DNA of 64,000 bases from Chloroflexota bacterium. GTDB taxonomy: Bacteria; Chloroflexota; Limnocylindria; P2-11E. The notes beneath the pieces are model-generated. The model worked only from the letters and a program-made list of their open reading frames with translations. It ran no database searches and was not told the origin of the DNA. The DNA is taken from NCBI GenBank assembly GCA_021787445.1, contig JAJYLV010000003.1, positions 20,437 through 84,436 of the forward strand. Reading direction: 5' to 3'. The position numbers and the translations under genes were made by a program. Positions 47,012 to 57,090 of this stretch are shown here, piece after piece (the first letter of the stretch is position 1; each line of letters starts with the position of its first letter).

Positions 47012-48109
47012 CTAGATCGCGGCCGTCTCCTCCGGCGCGACGCGCAGGACGCGCTCCTGCTCCGACCGCGCCAGCGCCGCGGCGTAGACGCGGACGTAGT
47101 CCTCGGCCATGCGCCGTGCGGTGAAGCGCTCCTCGAACACTCGGCGGCACTCCGCGCGGTCGATGCGGCCGATACGCTCGATCGCCTTCGTGAGCTCCTC
47201 GACGTCCTCGCAGTGGTAGCCGTTCACGCCGTCGACGACGATCTCCGGGACCGAGCCGCGCGGACGCGCCAGGATCGGCGTGCCACAGGCCATCGCCTCG
47301 ATGAGCACGATGCCGAAGGGCTCCGGCCAGTCGATCGGGAAGAGGAACGCGAGCGCGTCCTGGAGGAGCTCCTGCTTCCCACGGTCGTCCAGCTCGCCCG
47401 CGAACTCGATGCCGTCGTGGCCGAGGTGCGGCTTGATCATCTGCTCCCAGTACGCCTGGTCGTCCCTCGCCTCGGGATAGGCCCAGATGTCGAGCGGCGG
47501 CCGGCCGCCGATCACGAGAGGGAGACCACTGCGGTGCGCGACCTCGATCGCGAGGTGCACGCCCTTCTCCGGCGAGATCCGTCCGACGAACGCGAGGTAC
47601 GACCCGCGCTTCGTCCGCGGGCGGTAGAGGTCGACCGGGAGGCCGTGCGGGACGTTCGCGACCCACCCCGCGCCGGGGAGCGTCCGCCGCTGCGCCTTGC
47701 TGACCGAGACGAGGGATACGTCGCTGAACTCCTTGTGCACGATCGCGGACTCCCTCGTGTCCGTGCGGGAGTGAACGGTCGTGACGGTCGGGATGTGGGA
47801 GGCACGGGCGAACGGGTACGCCGCCCACTCCGCGTGGTTGTGCATCACGTCCGCCTCGCACTCGGCGAACGCCCGGGCGAAGGCCGCCATCCGCACGGGT
47901 CCGGGATCACGGAGGTCCGTCTCCCAGAGCGCCCGCTCGGCGAGCGGCACGAGATCACCGCGCGTCACGCAGTCGCCCGTCGCGTAGAGATCGACGTCGT
48001 GGCCGAGCGCCACCAGCTCGTCCGCGAGCCAGCCGATGACGCGCTCGGTGCCGCCGTACTTGACCGGAGGCACGCGCTGGAGCAGGGGGGCGAGAAGGGC
48101 GATCCTCAT
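47012..48109 (-). CDS. Glycosyltransferase family 4
   Basis: MRIALLAPLLQRVPPVKYGGTERVIGWLADELVALGHDV...EPFGIVLIEAMACGTPILA... Confidence 0.8.
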   Translation of the reverse strand: MRIALLAPLLQRVPPVKYGGTERVIGWLADELVALGHDVDLYATGDCVTRGDLVPLAERALWETDLRDPGPVRMAAFARAFAECEADVMHNHAEWAAYPFARASHIPTVTTVHSRTDTRESAIVHKEFSDVSLVSVSKAQRRTLPGAGWVANVPHGLPVDLYRPRTKRGSYLAFVGRISPEKGVHLAIEVAHRSGLPLVIGGRPPLDIWAYPEARDDQAYWEQMIKPHLGHDGIEFAGELDDRGKQELLQDALAFLFPIDWPEPFGIVLIEAMACGTPILARPRGSVPEIVVDGVNGYHCEDVEELTKAIERIGRIDRAECRRVFEERFTARRMAEDYVRVYAAALARSEQERVLRVAPEETAAI

Positions 48110-48207
48110 CAGCCGTGTCGTGTGCAATGACAATGCCACGGGACGTTCTCGGCGCGTTCACGATCGCTTCACGGGCCGCCCGGACCATCGGGTCTTGGAG
48201 GTGCGAC

Positions 48208-48540
48208 ATGGCTCGTGGCTTCGCGATCGGCGTGCTGGCTCTCCTGGTCCTCGGGGGCGTGGCCGCGCTCGCCTACCAGGCAGGCGTGGGCGCCGCCGTC
48301 ACCGTCCCCGCGCCGAGCGGTCCTCCCGCGGCCTACCCCTACTACTGGCACCCCTTCGTCGGCTTCGGCTTCCCCTTCTTCGGCTTCCTCTTCCCGCTGA
48401 TCTTCGTCTTCCTGGTCTTCGGCCTCGTCCGCGCCGTCGCGGGCGGCGGCTGGGGACACCACGGCGGACACCGGAGAATGCTCGAGGAGTGGCACCGCGA
48501 GATGCATGAGCGGCAGGGCTCGGGGAGCGGCGACCGCTGA
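48208..48540 (+). CDS. Small membrane protein with aromatic/His-rich segments, co-operonic with two-component system
   Basis: MARGFAIGVLALLVLGGVAALAY...YPYYWHPFVGFGFPFFGFLFPLIFVFLVFGLV...GGGWGHHGGHRRMLEEWHREMHE; its stop overlaps the RR start. Confidence 0.5.
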   Translation: MARGFAIGVLALLVLGGVAALAYQAGVGAAVTVPAPSGPPAAYPYYWHPFVGFGFPFFGFLFPLIFVFLVFGLVRAVAGGGWGHHGGHRRMLEEWHREMHERQGSGSGDR

Positions 48541-49220
48541 GGACGATCCTCGTCGTCGACGATGAGCCGAAGATCGCGCGCATCGTGAGCGATCACCTGG
48601 AGCGCGCGGGGTTCCGCGCGCTCCAGGCCTACGACGGCCGGTCCGCGATCCAGCTCGCGCAGCGCGAGCGGCCCGACCTCGTCGTGCTCGACCTCGGGCT
48701 GCCCGACGTCGACGGGCTCGACGTCATGCGGCTTCTCCGCGAGCGCTCTCCGGTGCCCGTCCTCGTCCTCACCGCGCGAGCCGAGGAGACGGATCGGCTC
48801 GTCGGGCTCGAGGTCGGAGCGGACGACTACGTCGTCAAGCCGTTCAGCCCCAAGGAGGTCGTCGCGCGCGTCCGCGCGGTCCTGCGGCGCGCCGAGCGCG
48901 CCGAGCCGGCCGGCCCCGTCATCCGGGCCGGCGACGTGACCGTCGACCTCGACCGCATGCGCGTTGCCGTCGGCGACCGCGACTGCGAGCTCACCCGCAC
49001 CGAGACGCTCCTCCTCGCGACGCTCGCGCGCCGGCCCGGACGCGTGTTCACGCGCGGGCAGCTCCTCGACGCCGTGCACGGCAGCGAGGTCGACGCGTAC
49101 GAACGCGCGATCGACGCGCACGTGAAGAACATCCGCCGAAAGCTCGAGCCGGATCCGCGGCGACCGCGCTACATCCTCACCGTCCACTCCGTCGGCTACC
49201 GCTTCGCGGACGTCGAGTGA
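48537..49220 (+). CDS. OmpR-family response regulator
   Basis: TILVVDDEPKIARIVSDHLERAGF...PDLVVLDLGLPDVDG... winged helix LTRTETLLLATLA...; likely CTG/non-ATG start ~48537 (the track shows an internal ATG at 48585). Confidence 0.8.
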   Translation: MRTILVVDDEPKIARIVSDHLERAGFRALQAYDGRSAIQLAQRERPDLVVLDLGLPDVDGLDVMRLLRERSPVPVLVLTARAEETDRLVGLEVGADDYVVKPFSPKEVVARVRAVLRRAERAEPAGPVIRAGDVTVDLDRMRVAVGDRDCELTRTETLLLATLARRPGRVFTRGQLLDAVHGSEVDAYERAIDAHVKNIRRKLEPDPRRPRYILTVHSVGYRFADVE

Positions 49221-50365
49221 GCCGGCCGCCGCGCACCGCTCGCGCGCACGGCCCGCCTCCATGGTTCGGGCGGCGGTGGCACGGCGAGCGTCCGCCGTGG
49301 TGGCCGCAGAACGAGGAGTGGCCTCCGCGCGGCCGCTGGCACGGTCCCTCGCGGCGCTTCGCCGCGCGGCTCGCGCTCACGGCGCTCGCCGTCCTCCTCC
49401 TCATCGATCTCGCGCTGGCGCTCGTGGCGTCGCTCATCGCGCGCGCCCTGGGGATCGTCGCGCTCGACGCTCGGACCGTCCTCGTCCTCGCGGCCGCGCT
49501 CGTCCTCTTCGTCCTCGGCGTGAGCGTGCTCGGGCGCGGCCTGCGCCGAGCGGGCGCTCCGCTCGCGGATCTCGCCGCGGCCATCGACCGCGTCGCGGAG
49601 GGCGAGTACACGACCCGCGTGAGCGTCCGAGGACCGCGCGAGATCCGCCGGCTCGTCGCCGCGTTCAACGAGATGGTCGAGCGGCTCGCGACCGCCGACG
49701 AACGCCGTAGGCGCCTCCTCGCGGACGTCACGCACGAGCTGCGCACGCCCCTGGCGGTGGTGCAGGGGCAGCTCGAAGGGACGCTCGACGGGGTGTACCC
49801 GCCCGACGCCGAGCACCTGCGCGCGATCCTCGACGAGACGCGGCACATGGCGCGGATCATCGAGGACCTGCGCACGCTCTCCCTCGCGGAGAGCGGAGCG
49901 CTGACCCTCTCGCGCGAGACCGTCACGCTCGGCGACGTGGTCGACGATGCCCTGGACGCGTACCGGATGCGCGCGGAGACCGGTGGAGTGTGCCTCGCCG
50001 GCGACGTGCCGCCGGATCTTCCGCCTATCGACGCCGACCCCACGCGGCTGCGGCAGGTGCTCGAGAACCTCCTCGCCAACGCGCTCCGCTACACGCCTCG
50101 CGGCGGCCGCGTCGACGTGACCGCGATGCGTGAGGGGACGGCGATGGTCGCGATCGCCGTGCGCGACACCGGCCGGGGGATGGGTCCACAGGAGCTGGCG
50201 CGCGCGTTCGAGCGCTTCGCGCGGTCGGACGATCCCCGCGGGACGGGCCTCGGTCTCGCGATCGCGCGCGGTCTCGTTCGCGCCCACGGCGGCGAGATCG
50301 CGATCTCGAGCGAAGGCGAAGGCCGCGGCACGACGGTGCGCTCGACCTGGCCAGTCGCGCGCTAG
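49217..50365 (+). CDS. Sensor histidine kinase (HAMP-HisKA-HATPase)
   Basis: TM + HAMP (RLVAAFNEMVERL); H-box ADVTHELRTPLAVVQG; N/G boxes LLANALRYTP...VRDTGRGM...GLGLAIARGLV. Unusual Trp/Arg/Pro-rich N-terminal 45 aa. Confidence 0.85.
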   Translation: MSRPPRTARAHGPPPWFGRRWHGERPPWWPQNEEWPPRGRWHGPSRRFAARLALTALAVLLLIDLALALVASLIARALGIVALDARTVLVLAAALVLFVLGVSVLGRGLRRAGAPLADLAAAIDRVAEGEYTTRVSVRGPREIRRLVAAFNEMVERLATADERRRRLLADVTHELRTPLAVVQGQLEGTLDGVYPPDAEHLRAILDETRHMARIIEDLRTLSLAESGALTLSRETVTLGDVVDDALDAYRMRAETGGVCLAGDVPPDLPPIDADPTRLRQVLENLLANALRYTPRGGRVDVTAMREGTAMVAIAVRDTGRGMGPQELARAFERFARSDDPRGTGLGLAIARGLVRAHGGEIAISSEGEGRGTTVRSTWPVAR

Positions 50366-51519
50366 CCCCCCGCGGACCTCCCGCCCGACTCGAGCCATGC
50401 GGCGACGTCGCTGAGGAATCGCGCCGCGTCGGCGCCGTCGGCGACGCGGTGGTCGACGGAGAGCGTGAGCGTGAGGACCTTCGCGCGCGAGAGGCGCCCG
50501 ACCGCGAGGATCGCCGCTTCGGGCGGGTTGACGAGGGCCTGGAACCGGTCGACGCCGAGCGTCCCGAGGTTCGAGATGCTGAAGACCGCGCCTGTGAGAG
50601 CGTCGGCGGGCAGCTTCCCCGCCCGCGCTCCCTGCTGCAGCCGCTCGCGCTCCTGGGCGATCGCCTTCAGGTCCTTGCGGTCGGCGTCGCGGATGACGGG
50701 CACGATGAGGCCGTCGGCGAGGGCGAGGGCGACGCCGACGTGGACCCCGTCGCCCACCACGATGGCGTCGCCGTCGAAGCGTCCGCGGAATCGCTCGTGC
50801 ATGCGCAGAGCGCGCGCGCACGCCGCGACGAGCAGATCGGTGAACGAGACGCCTTCGCTCCTCCGCAGCTCGTCCGCCGCGGTCATGTCGACGTCTCGCG
50901 AGACCTGGAACTGCGGCACCTGCGCGGAGCGGGTCATCGCGTCGGCGATCGCGCGCCGCATGCGCGTGAGCGCGATGCGCCGCTCGGCGCCGCCCGCCGA
51001 CGGCGCGGCGACGGGCGCGGCCGCCGGCGGCCGCGCGGACGCGGCGTCCACGTCCTCGAGCGTGACGCGGCCCCCCGGGCCCGTGCCCCTCACCTTCTCT
51101 ATGTCGATGCCGAGCTCCTGCGCGCGCTTGCGCGCAGCCGGGCTCGAGCGGACCCGCTCGCCCTCGGCCGCCGCCGGCGACGGCACCGACGCGGGTGCCG
51201 AGGGTGCCGCCGTGAGCGAGGATGCATTCGCACCGGGCGCGACGGACTCCGACGCGACGTCGCCGAGCGGCTCGCTCGCGCTGTCGGCGATGACCGCGAT
51301 GAGCGTCGCGACCGGGGCCGTCGCGCCCTCCGTCAGGAAGATCTTCCGCACGACGCCCGCCGCCGGCGCCTCGACCTCCATCGTCGCCTTATCCGTCTCG
51401 ACCTCGAAGAGGATCTCGCCGGCGGCGACGGCGTCGCCCTCGCGCTTCCGCCACGCGACGATCTTTCCCTCGTCCATGGTCAGGCCCAGCTTGGGGAGGA
51501 TGACCTTCGTGACGCTCAC
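50362..51519 (-). CDS. Dihydrolipoamide acyltransferase E2 component (lipoyl + E3-binding + catalytic domains)
   Basis: Lipoyl domain ILFEVETDKATMEVEAPAAGVV; PSBD ARKRAQELGIDIEKVRGTGPGGRVTLEDV; catalytic DHRVADGADAARFL. GTG start ~51519 inside track ORF 50362..51903. Confidence 0.8.
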   Translation of the reverse strand: MSVTKVILPKLGLTMDEGKIVAWRKREGDAVAAGEILFEVETDKATMEVEAPAAGVVRKIFLTEGATAPVATLIAVIADSASEPLGDVASESVAPGANASSLTAAPSAPASVPSPAAAEGERVRSSPAARKRAQELGIDIEKVRGTGPGGRVTLEDVDAASARPPAAAPVAAPSAGGAERRIALTRMRRAIADAMTRSAQVPQFQVSRDVDMTAADELRRSEGVSFTDLLVAACARALRMHERFRGRFDGDAIVVGDGVHVGVALALADGLIVPVIRDADRKDLKAIAQERERLQQGARAGKLPADALTGAVFSISNLGTLGVDRFQALVNPPEAAILAVGRLSRAKVLTLTLSVDHRVADGADAARFLSDVAAWLESGGRSAGG

Positions 51520-51787
51520 GCGGAGACCCTGGACCACGTGTGCGCGACGTGACACGAGATGTGTGGGGTCTCCGCGATCCGCTTCACGACACCATCTCCT
51601 TGGGCCGCCGTCACGATGTCCTCGACCTGCGGTAGCACGCTCTTCTCCGGGTGCTGCGCGTACGGTATCGGAGTCTCCGCCCCGGCGAGCCGCCGCCCCA
51701 CCGCGCGAGCCGCGGCGGGACGCGACGGCCGATGCGCCGAGGACGACGGCGAGAAGCCGGCCGCTGTGAAGGCGTGAACGCGGGTGG

Positions 51788-53070
51788 TCAGCGCGGCGAC
51801 CGGCGCACCGTGACCGTCCACACGAGCGGACCGTAGCGGCGGACGGAGCGCATGTCGTCGTAGCCCTCGTAGCCGTTCGCCTCCGTCGCGTGCCGCTGCG
51901 CATCGGCGATCACGGTTCGGATCGCCCGGTCCGGGTCGCGCGAGCAGCGCCCGCTCGAGATGCACAGCGCGACGACGGCCGTCGCGTGCGGCGTCGCCAT
52001 GCTCGTGCCCGAGATCGTGTTCGTTCTCCCGCCCGGCCACGTCGACGTGATGCAGACGCCCGGCGCCGCGACGGTGTGCGAGAGGTCGGCGACGCGCGTC
52101 GCGTAGTTCGAGAACGTCGCCGGAGCGTCGTCGCGCTCGCCGGCCATGCACGACGGCGCGCGGCCGTCGCCGCCCGCGCGGCCGTCGCTGTCGGAGATGG
52201 CGGTCACCGTGAGCACCTCCGGATACGACGCCGGCACGGCCCCCGCGAGGTCGACGCCGTCGTTCCCCGCCGCGACGACGTACGTCACGCCCGCTTCGCT
52301 CGAGCGGCAGATCGCCTCGTGCAGCGGGTCTCCGCTCGTCACGCCGCAGTCGCGGTCGCTCGTCCCGGGCCCACCGAAGCTGAGGTTCGCCACCGCGATG
52401 CCGAGGCGCTTCGCGTTCGCCGTCACCCAGTCGATGCCGCAGATGACCTGCGCGACGCTGCCCATGCCGCTGGCGTCGAGGACCTTGACCGCGTACAGCT
52501 TCGTGCCCGGCGCGACGCCCGCGACGCCGCTTCCCGGCTTGGCGCCGATCGTTCCCGCGACGTGCGTCCCGTGGCCGTGGTCATCCTGGGCGGGCGAGGT
52601 GCGCCGCTTCCCGGCTATGCAGTTCACGCCGCTCGACGCGTTGAGCGCCGGATGACGCAGGTCGATGCCCGTGTCGATGACCGCCACGGCGACGGACGCG
52701 GCCGCGGCGCCTCCGCCGATCCGCCGGACGCCCGTCGGGACGTCCGCGCGGCGCGACACGGCGACGGGTGTCACGAGCCGGACGGCCTGGTCGTCGTGGA
52801 CCGACGCGACGAGGGGATCGGATCGCAGCGCGTCACGCTGCCGAGCGGAGAGGCGCGCCGAGAAGCCGCGCACGCTGGAGGTGTAGCGGTGCTCGGCGCG
52901 GAATCCGTGCGCGCGCTCGAGCGCCGCGATGGCGCGCGCGGGATCGCCCGCCCGTAGCGTAACGATCGTCGACGCCGTGGGTTCCGCACGCGCGACCGTC
53001 GGGAGCGCGAGGGCCACGACGGCCGCGCCGAGGAGAGCGGCCGCGGCGGCCAGGCGGGTGGGGATCACGC
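51788..53070 (-). CDS. Secreted subtilisin-like serine protease (S8) with I9 propeptide
   Basis: GTG start ~53070 with signal peptide VIPTRLAAAAALLGAAVVALALPTVARA|EP; catalytic triad VIDTGID / HGHGTHVAG / GTSMATPH. Confidence 0.8.
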
Positions 53071-53396
53071 CACATGGGACGGACAGGCCTTGCCGGGCAT
53101 ATGCTGACGGTGTCGCACGGGCTTCCACCGTGGAAGGAAGGGGATCGCCGAATGCGCTCTGCAGGTTTCCCGTGCCGCATGGCCGGCTGTGACCGTGCTT
53201 TTCAGGTCGCCGACCAGACATCGATGGACGATCTCAAGGCGGCCAGCGCCGCGCGCACCGCTCACGAGATCCGCGACCACGACTACCACCACGTTCCGCT
53301 CGCCGAAGAGCGACCCGCGTCGCCCTACCTGCGCGGAAAGGTGAGGTCCGAGACGCCGGCGAAGCCGTAGCGCTGCGCCGGCGCTCGCGTCACGCC

Positions 53397-54185
53397 GTGC
53401 GCAGCCCGTACATCCGTTCTCCCGGGCAGCGCCCGCTCGTCGTCGGCCACCGCGGCGCGCTCGCCTTGGCCCCCGAGAACACGTTCGCCGCGTTCCGCCG
53501 CGCCATCGCGTGCGGCGTCGACGCGATCGAGTTCGACGTGCAGCGGACGGCCGACGGCGTGCCGATCGTCATCCACGACGCGACGCTCGACCGGACCACG
53601 AGCGGGCACGGGCGCGTGCGCGAGACGCGCTGGCGCGACATCCGCGAGCTCGACGCCGGGTCGCACCTCTCGCCCGACCACTCCGGAGAGCGCGTGCCGT
53701 CGCTCGAGGAGCTGCTCGCGGAGGCGCGCGGATGGAGCGTCGGCCTCGTCCTCGAGCTGAAGCAGCCCTGGCCGGGGGACGATCGCCCACGCGACGAGGG
53801 CCTCGTCGCCGCCGCGTGCGACCTCGTCCGCGCCGGCGGCCTCCTCGACCGCACCCTCTTCATCTCGTTCGACCACCCGTCGATCGCCGAGATGATCTCG
53901 CGCGAGCCGGCGGCGCGGACGGCTCTGCTCACCGAAGGACCGACGCTCGTGGACCCCCTCGCGCCGGCTCGGGCCGTCCCGGGAGTGCTCGGTCTCCACG
54001 TGCGCTGGCAATGGATCTCGCGCACGGTCATCGACGCCGCGCACGCCGCCGGGCTGCACGTCCACGCGTGGGGGCACCGCCATCCTCAGGACCCCCTCGT
54101 CGTCCGCCGCCTCATCGGCCTGGGCGTGGACTCGCTATCGGCCGACGCGCCGGATGCGCTCGTCGCCCTAGTCTCGTCCCGATGA
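53397..54185 (+). CDS. Glycerophosphodiester phosphodiesterase
   Basis: PLVVGHRGALALAPENTFAAFRRAIACGVDAIEFDVQRTADGVPIVIHDATLDRTT; GDPD catalytic His/Glu/Asp pattern. Confidence 0.85.
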   Translation: MRSPYIRSPGQRPLVVGHRGALALAPENTFAAFRRAIACGVDAIEFDVQRTADGVPIVIHDATLDRTTSGHGRVRETRWRDIRELDAGSHLSPDHSGERVPSLEELLAEARGWSVGLVLELKQPWPGDDRPRDEGLVAAACDLVRAGGLLDRTLFISFDHPSIAEMISREPAARTALLTEGPTLVDPLAPARAVPGVLGLHVRWQWISRTVIDAAHAAGLHVHAWGHRHPQDPLVVRRLIGLGVDSLSADAPDALVALVSSR

Positions 54186-54511
54186 CGCCCCTCGAGACGG
54201 CCCGCGCGTTCATCGACGCCGTGCAGGAGAAGCAGGCGGATGTCGCGGCAGATCTCTGCGCCGACGACGTCGAGATCGTCCTGCCGGGCGCGGACTCTCC
54301 CCTGCGCGGGAAGGAAGGCGTGCGGCAGATGGTCCGGATGGCACCGAAGCTCGAGCAGAGCTTCCGATCGGAGGAGGAGCTCGACGGCAAGGTGCGCGTG
54401 ACGACGCTCACGCGCGCGCCGGGGATATTCGCGAACTACACGACGTGGGTGTTCGCGTTCCAGGACGGGCGCGTCGCGCGGCTCACCTTCGAGCTCCGCG
54501 CCGCGAACTGA
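54182..54511 (+). CDS. SnoaL-like/NTF2-family small protein
   Basis: MTPLETARAFIDAVQEKQADVAADLCADDVEIVLPGADSPLRGKEGVRQMV...; ATG at 54182 overlapping the upstream stop (ATGA). Confidence 0.55.
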   Translation: MTPLETARAFIDAVQEKQADVAADLCADDVEIVLPGADSPLRGKEGVRQMVRMAPKLEQSFRSEEELDGKVRVTTLTRAPGIFANYTTWVFAFQDGRVARLTFELRAAN

Positions 54512-54521
54512 CCGCGCGGGT

Positions 54522-54989
54522 TCAGACGTTCCGGGGAACGCTCCCCGAGCGCTCGAGGAACCACCGCATGCAGCGGTGCCCGAGGTCCGACGTCGGGGCG
54601 TACATGAGCGGGCAGCCCCCCGCGATGACCGCGATGCCGTTGTCCGCGCAGTAACGGACGGCGGTCGGGCTGACGCTCCCCGGCACCGGGCCGCGGTGCA
54701 TCCACACGCGCTTGATCCCGAGCATGTGGCATTCGCGCACGATCGCTTCCGCCCGCGCGGGCCCCGTTCCGAGGATCACGCCGTCCACCGTGCTGGGGAT
54801 CGACGCGAGGTCGCGGTAGCACACGTCGCCTTCGACCGACGACGCGCTCGGGTTCACCGCGAACACGCTGTAGCCGTGCGAGCGCAGACGGCGGTACACG
54901 CTGTTCGCGCCGTGGCCCTTGGGCTCGCGCGACACGCCGACGACGGCGATGCGCGCGTGCGACAGGAAGTCGTTCACCAGACCCGCCAT
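54522..54989 (-). CDS. CoA-binding domain protein (YccU/YneT-like)
   Basis: ARIAVVGVSREPKGHGANSVYRRLRSHGYSVFAVNPSASSVEGDVCYRDLASIP...VWMHRG; C-terminal part of track ORF 54522..55673. Confidence 0.65.
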   Translation of the reverse strand: MAGLVNDFLSHARIAVVGVSREPKGHGANSVYRRLRSHGYSVFAVNPSASSVEGDVCYRDLASIPSTVDGVILGTGPARAEAIVRECHMLGIKRVWMHRGPVPGSVSPTAVRYCADNGIAVIAGGCPLMYAPTSDLGHRCMRWFLERSGSVPRNV

Positions 54990-55117
54990 GACGCCTCCGC
55001 GGTCGTGCTTCGATCCAATGTCGCGCAGCGGCCGCGGACGCGCCAAGGGCCGAACGCCTCGATCGCCCGAGCGCCACCGCTCGGATCGAACGGACCGTTC
55101 GGGCACCGCAGAGCGCG

Positions 55118-55555
55118 CTACGCCGATCGGTCCGGGTCGATCCTCTCGAGGATCCTCGTTTGCGCCTCGTTGATCGAGTGCACCTCGAGCGTCAGGCGGT
55201 GGATCGCCGTCAGGGTCTCGTGGTCGGCCTCGGAGCGCGCGTCGTTCGCCGACTGGATGACGTTCTGGCCGACGATGATGATGGGTAGGAGAACTAGCTG
55301 AAGGAAGGTCTGCGCGATCCACGCGATGATGACGATCACGTCGTGCGACGCGATGGCGGCCGGGAACGAGACGAGCGCGAGTAGAGCGAAAAGGTACGCC
55401 GTCCACATCGTGCCCACGGTCTTCGTGATGACGACGGCAAGGCGCGTGTTGAACGCGGACAGCAGGCCCGTGCCATGAACGACCGAGAGAACGCTCGCGC
55501 TCGTGACGAGGCGGGGCAGGTGCCTCTTCGCGGCTTCGAGATCGCGGATGGCCAT
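55118..55555 (-). CDS. DUF1003-family membrane protein
   Basis: 145 aa; two TMs and DHETLTAIHRLTLEVHSINEAQTRI typical of DUF1003. Confidence 0.5.
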   Translation of the reverse strand: MAIRDLEAAKRHLPRLVTSASVLSVVHGTGLLSAFNTRLAVVITKTVGTMWTAYLFALLALVSFPAAIASHDVIVIIAWIAQTFLQLVLLPIIIVGQNVIQSANDARSEADHETLTAIHRLTLEVHSINEAQTRILERIDPDRSA

Positions 55556-55608
55556 GGATCTTCCTCCGTTCGGCGGGGCTTTCTAGCGCGATCTTAGGGA
55601 CGCCTACC

Positions 55609-56124
55609 ATGGCGAGCGTGGCCGATCGCACCGTAGAGGTCCTGATCGAGATCCCACGGGGCAGCCGCAGCAAGTACGAGATCGACGAGAGGACCGGGCG
55701 CCTGCGGCTCGACCGCGTCCTCTACTCCTCGGTCCACTACCCCACCGACTACGGCTTCATCCTCGACACGCTCGCGCTGGACGGCGACCACCTCGACGTG
55801 CTGCTCCTCTGCGAAGAGCCGGCCGTCCCCGGATCGCTGCAGACGGCACGGCCGATCGGGCTCCTGGAGATGGAGGACGAGAAGGGGCCGGACGAGAAGG
55901 TCCTCGCGGTGCCGACGGGCGATCCCCGCTTCTCGGATGTCCGGAGCCTCGACGACCTCGCGCGGCACTGGAGGGTCGAGATACAGACCTTCTTCGACTC
56001 GTACAAGGCGCTCGAGGGCGGCAAGGGCGCGACGGTCCGGGGGTGGCGCGGCGTCGACGAGGCGTGGCGCGCGGTCGAAGAGGCGCGGCGTCGCTTCGAC
56101 GCGACGCCGACGAGCCGGAGCTGA
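55609..56124 (+). CDS. ppa: Inorganic pyrophosphatase
   Basis: VLIEIPRGSRSKYEIDERTG...HYPTDYGFILDTLALDGDHLDVL...DEKVLAV; family I PPase signature. Confidence 0.9.
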   Translation: MASVADRTVEVLIEIPRGSRSKYEIDERTGRLRLDRVLYSSVHYPTDYGFILDTLALDGDHLDVLLLCEEPAVPGSLQTARPIGLLEMEDEKGPDEKVLAVPTGDPRFSDVRSLDDLARHWRVEIQTFFDSYKALEGGKGATVRGWRGVDEAWRAVEEARRRFDATPTSRS

Positions 56125-56220
56125 TCAGCTCTCGGGCCCAGCCCGGCGACCGGCGCCGTCGCCCTCAGATCACGCAGCGATGACGACCTTAGGCGCTCGC
56201 GCGCGGCGATCGCGCGACGA

Positions 56221-57081
56221 TCAACCGACAGCGAGCGCGACGATCCCCGCTGCCATCGTCGCGGCGGCGACGACGCGGCGACGGCCCCCTTCCTCCGCGA
56301 GGATCCGCGTCCCCATGAGCGCGCCGATGAGGATCCCCGACTCGCGCAGCGGCGCGACGTAGCTGACGGGGCTCACGCTCAGAGCGGTGAGGACGAGGAT
56401 GTACGCGAGCGGGCTGAGGACCGCGACACCGATCACCTCGCGGCGATGCACGCGCCAATGCAGCCCCAGCCGCTCGCGCTGCCGGAGCGCGAGGGGCGCG
56501 ACGAGGAGCGTCTGCCCGAGGTTGCGCGACCAGTCGTAGAGGAGCGGCGGGATCGCGAGCGCCGACACCGCGTGCTTGTCCCACAGCGTGTACGTCGCGA
56601 TCGTGAGCCCGGTGAGGAGCGCGAACCCCACCGCGCGGCCCGACCCGGCCGCGCGGATCCGCCGCGGGTCGCCGGTGAGGAAGACCGCCCCGACGACGAT
56701 CGCGAGCCCGCCCGCGAGCGCGAGGTACGTCGGGCGCTCGGCGTACAGGACGATCGCGCCGATCGTCGCGACGAACGGGCCGGTCGAGCGCGCGATCGGG
56801 TACACGAGCGAGAGATCCCCCGCGCGGTAGCCCGCGGCGAGGAAGGCGAAGAACGCGGTGTGAAGGAAGACGGTGCCGGCCATGAAGCCGATCCCGGCGG
56901 CCCCGACCACGGGGTGCGCCACGAGGATGACGGCGAGGGCGAGCGGGGAGTACACCGTCGCGCTCGTGAGGTAGACGAGCCAGAGGAACGCCGTCCCGCC
57001 CTCGACGCGCTTCGCGAGGAGATTCCACGTCGCGTGGATGAACGCCGAGAAGAGGACGAGGCCGACGGCGATGCCGGTCAC
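56221..57081 (-). CDS. EamA/DMT-family transporter
   Basis: 286 aa, 10 TM, duplicated EamA domain (ATWNLLAKR..., ATYTLWDKH...). Confidence 0.7.
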   Translation of the reverse strand: MTGIAVGLVLFSAFIHATWNLLAKRVEGGTAFLWLVYLTSATVYSPLALAVILVAHPVVGAAGIGFMAGTVFLHTAFFAFLAAGYRAGDLSLVYPIARSTGPFVATIGAIVLYAERPTYLALAGGLAIVVGAVFLTGDPRRIRAAGSGRAVGFALLTGLTIATYTLWDKHAVSALAIPPLLYDWSRNLGQTLLVAPLALRQRERLGLHWRVHRREVIGVAVLSPLAYILVLTALSVSPVSYVAPLRESGILIGALMGTRILAEEGGRRRVVAAATMAAGIVALAVG

Positions 57082-57090
57082 GTCGCGAGC

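Noticed and set aside
45342-47861. 839-aa minus-strand ORF spanning TRASH/PRTase/DLH/GT4 region
   Set aside because: Low-complexity Arg/Pro/Ser composition; contradicted by homologous genes on both strands.
53074-53370. 98-aa ORF between subtilisin and GDPD genes
   Set aside because: No recognisable motif and composition is marginal; possibly a real small protein (MRSAGFPCRMAGCDRAF...HDYHH) but evidence insufficient to call.
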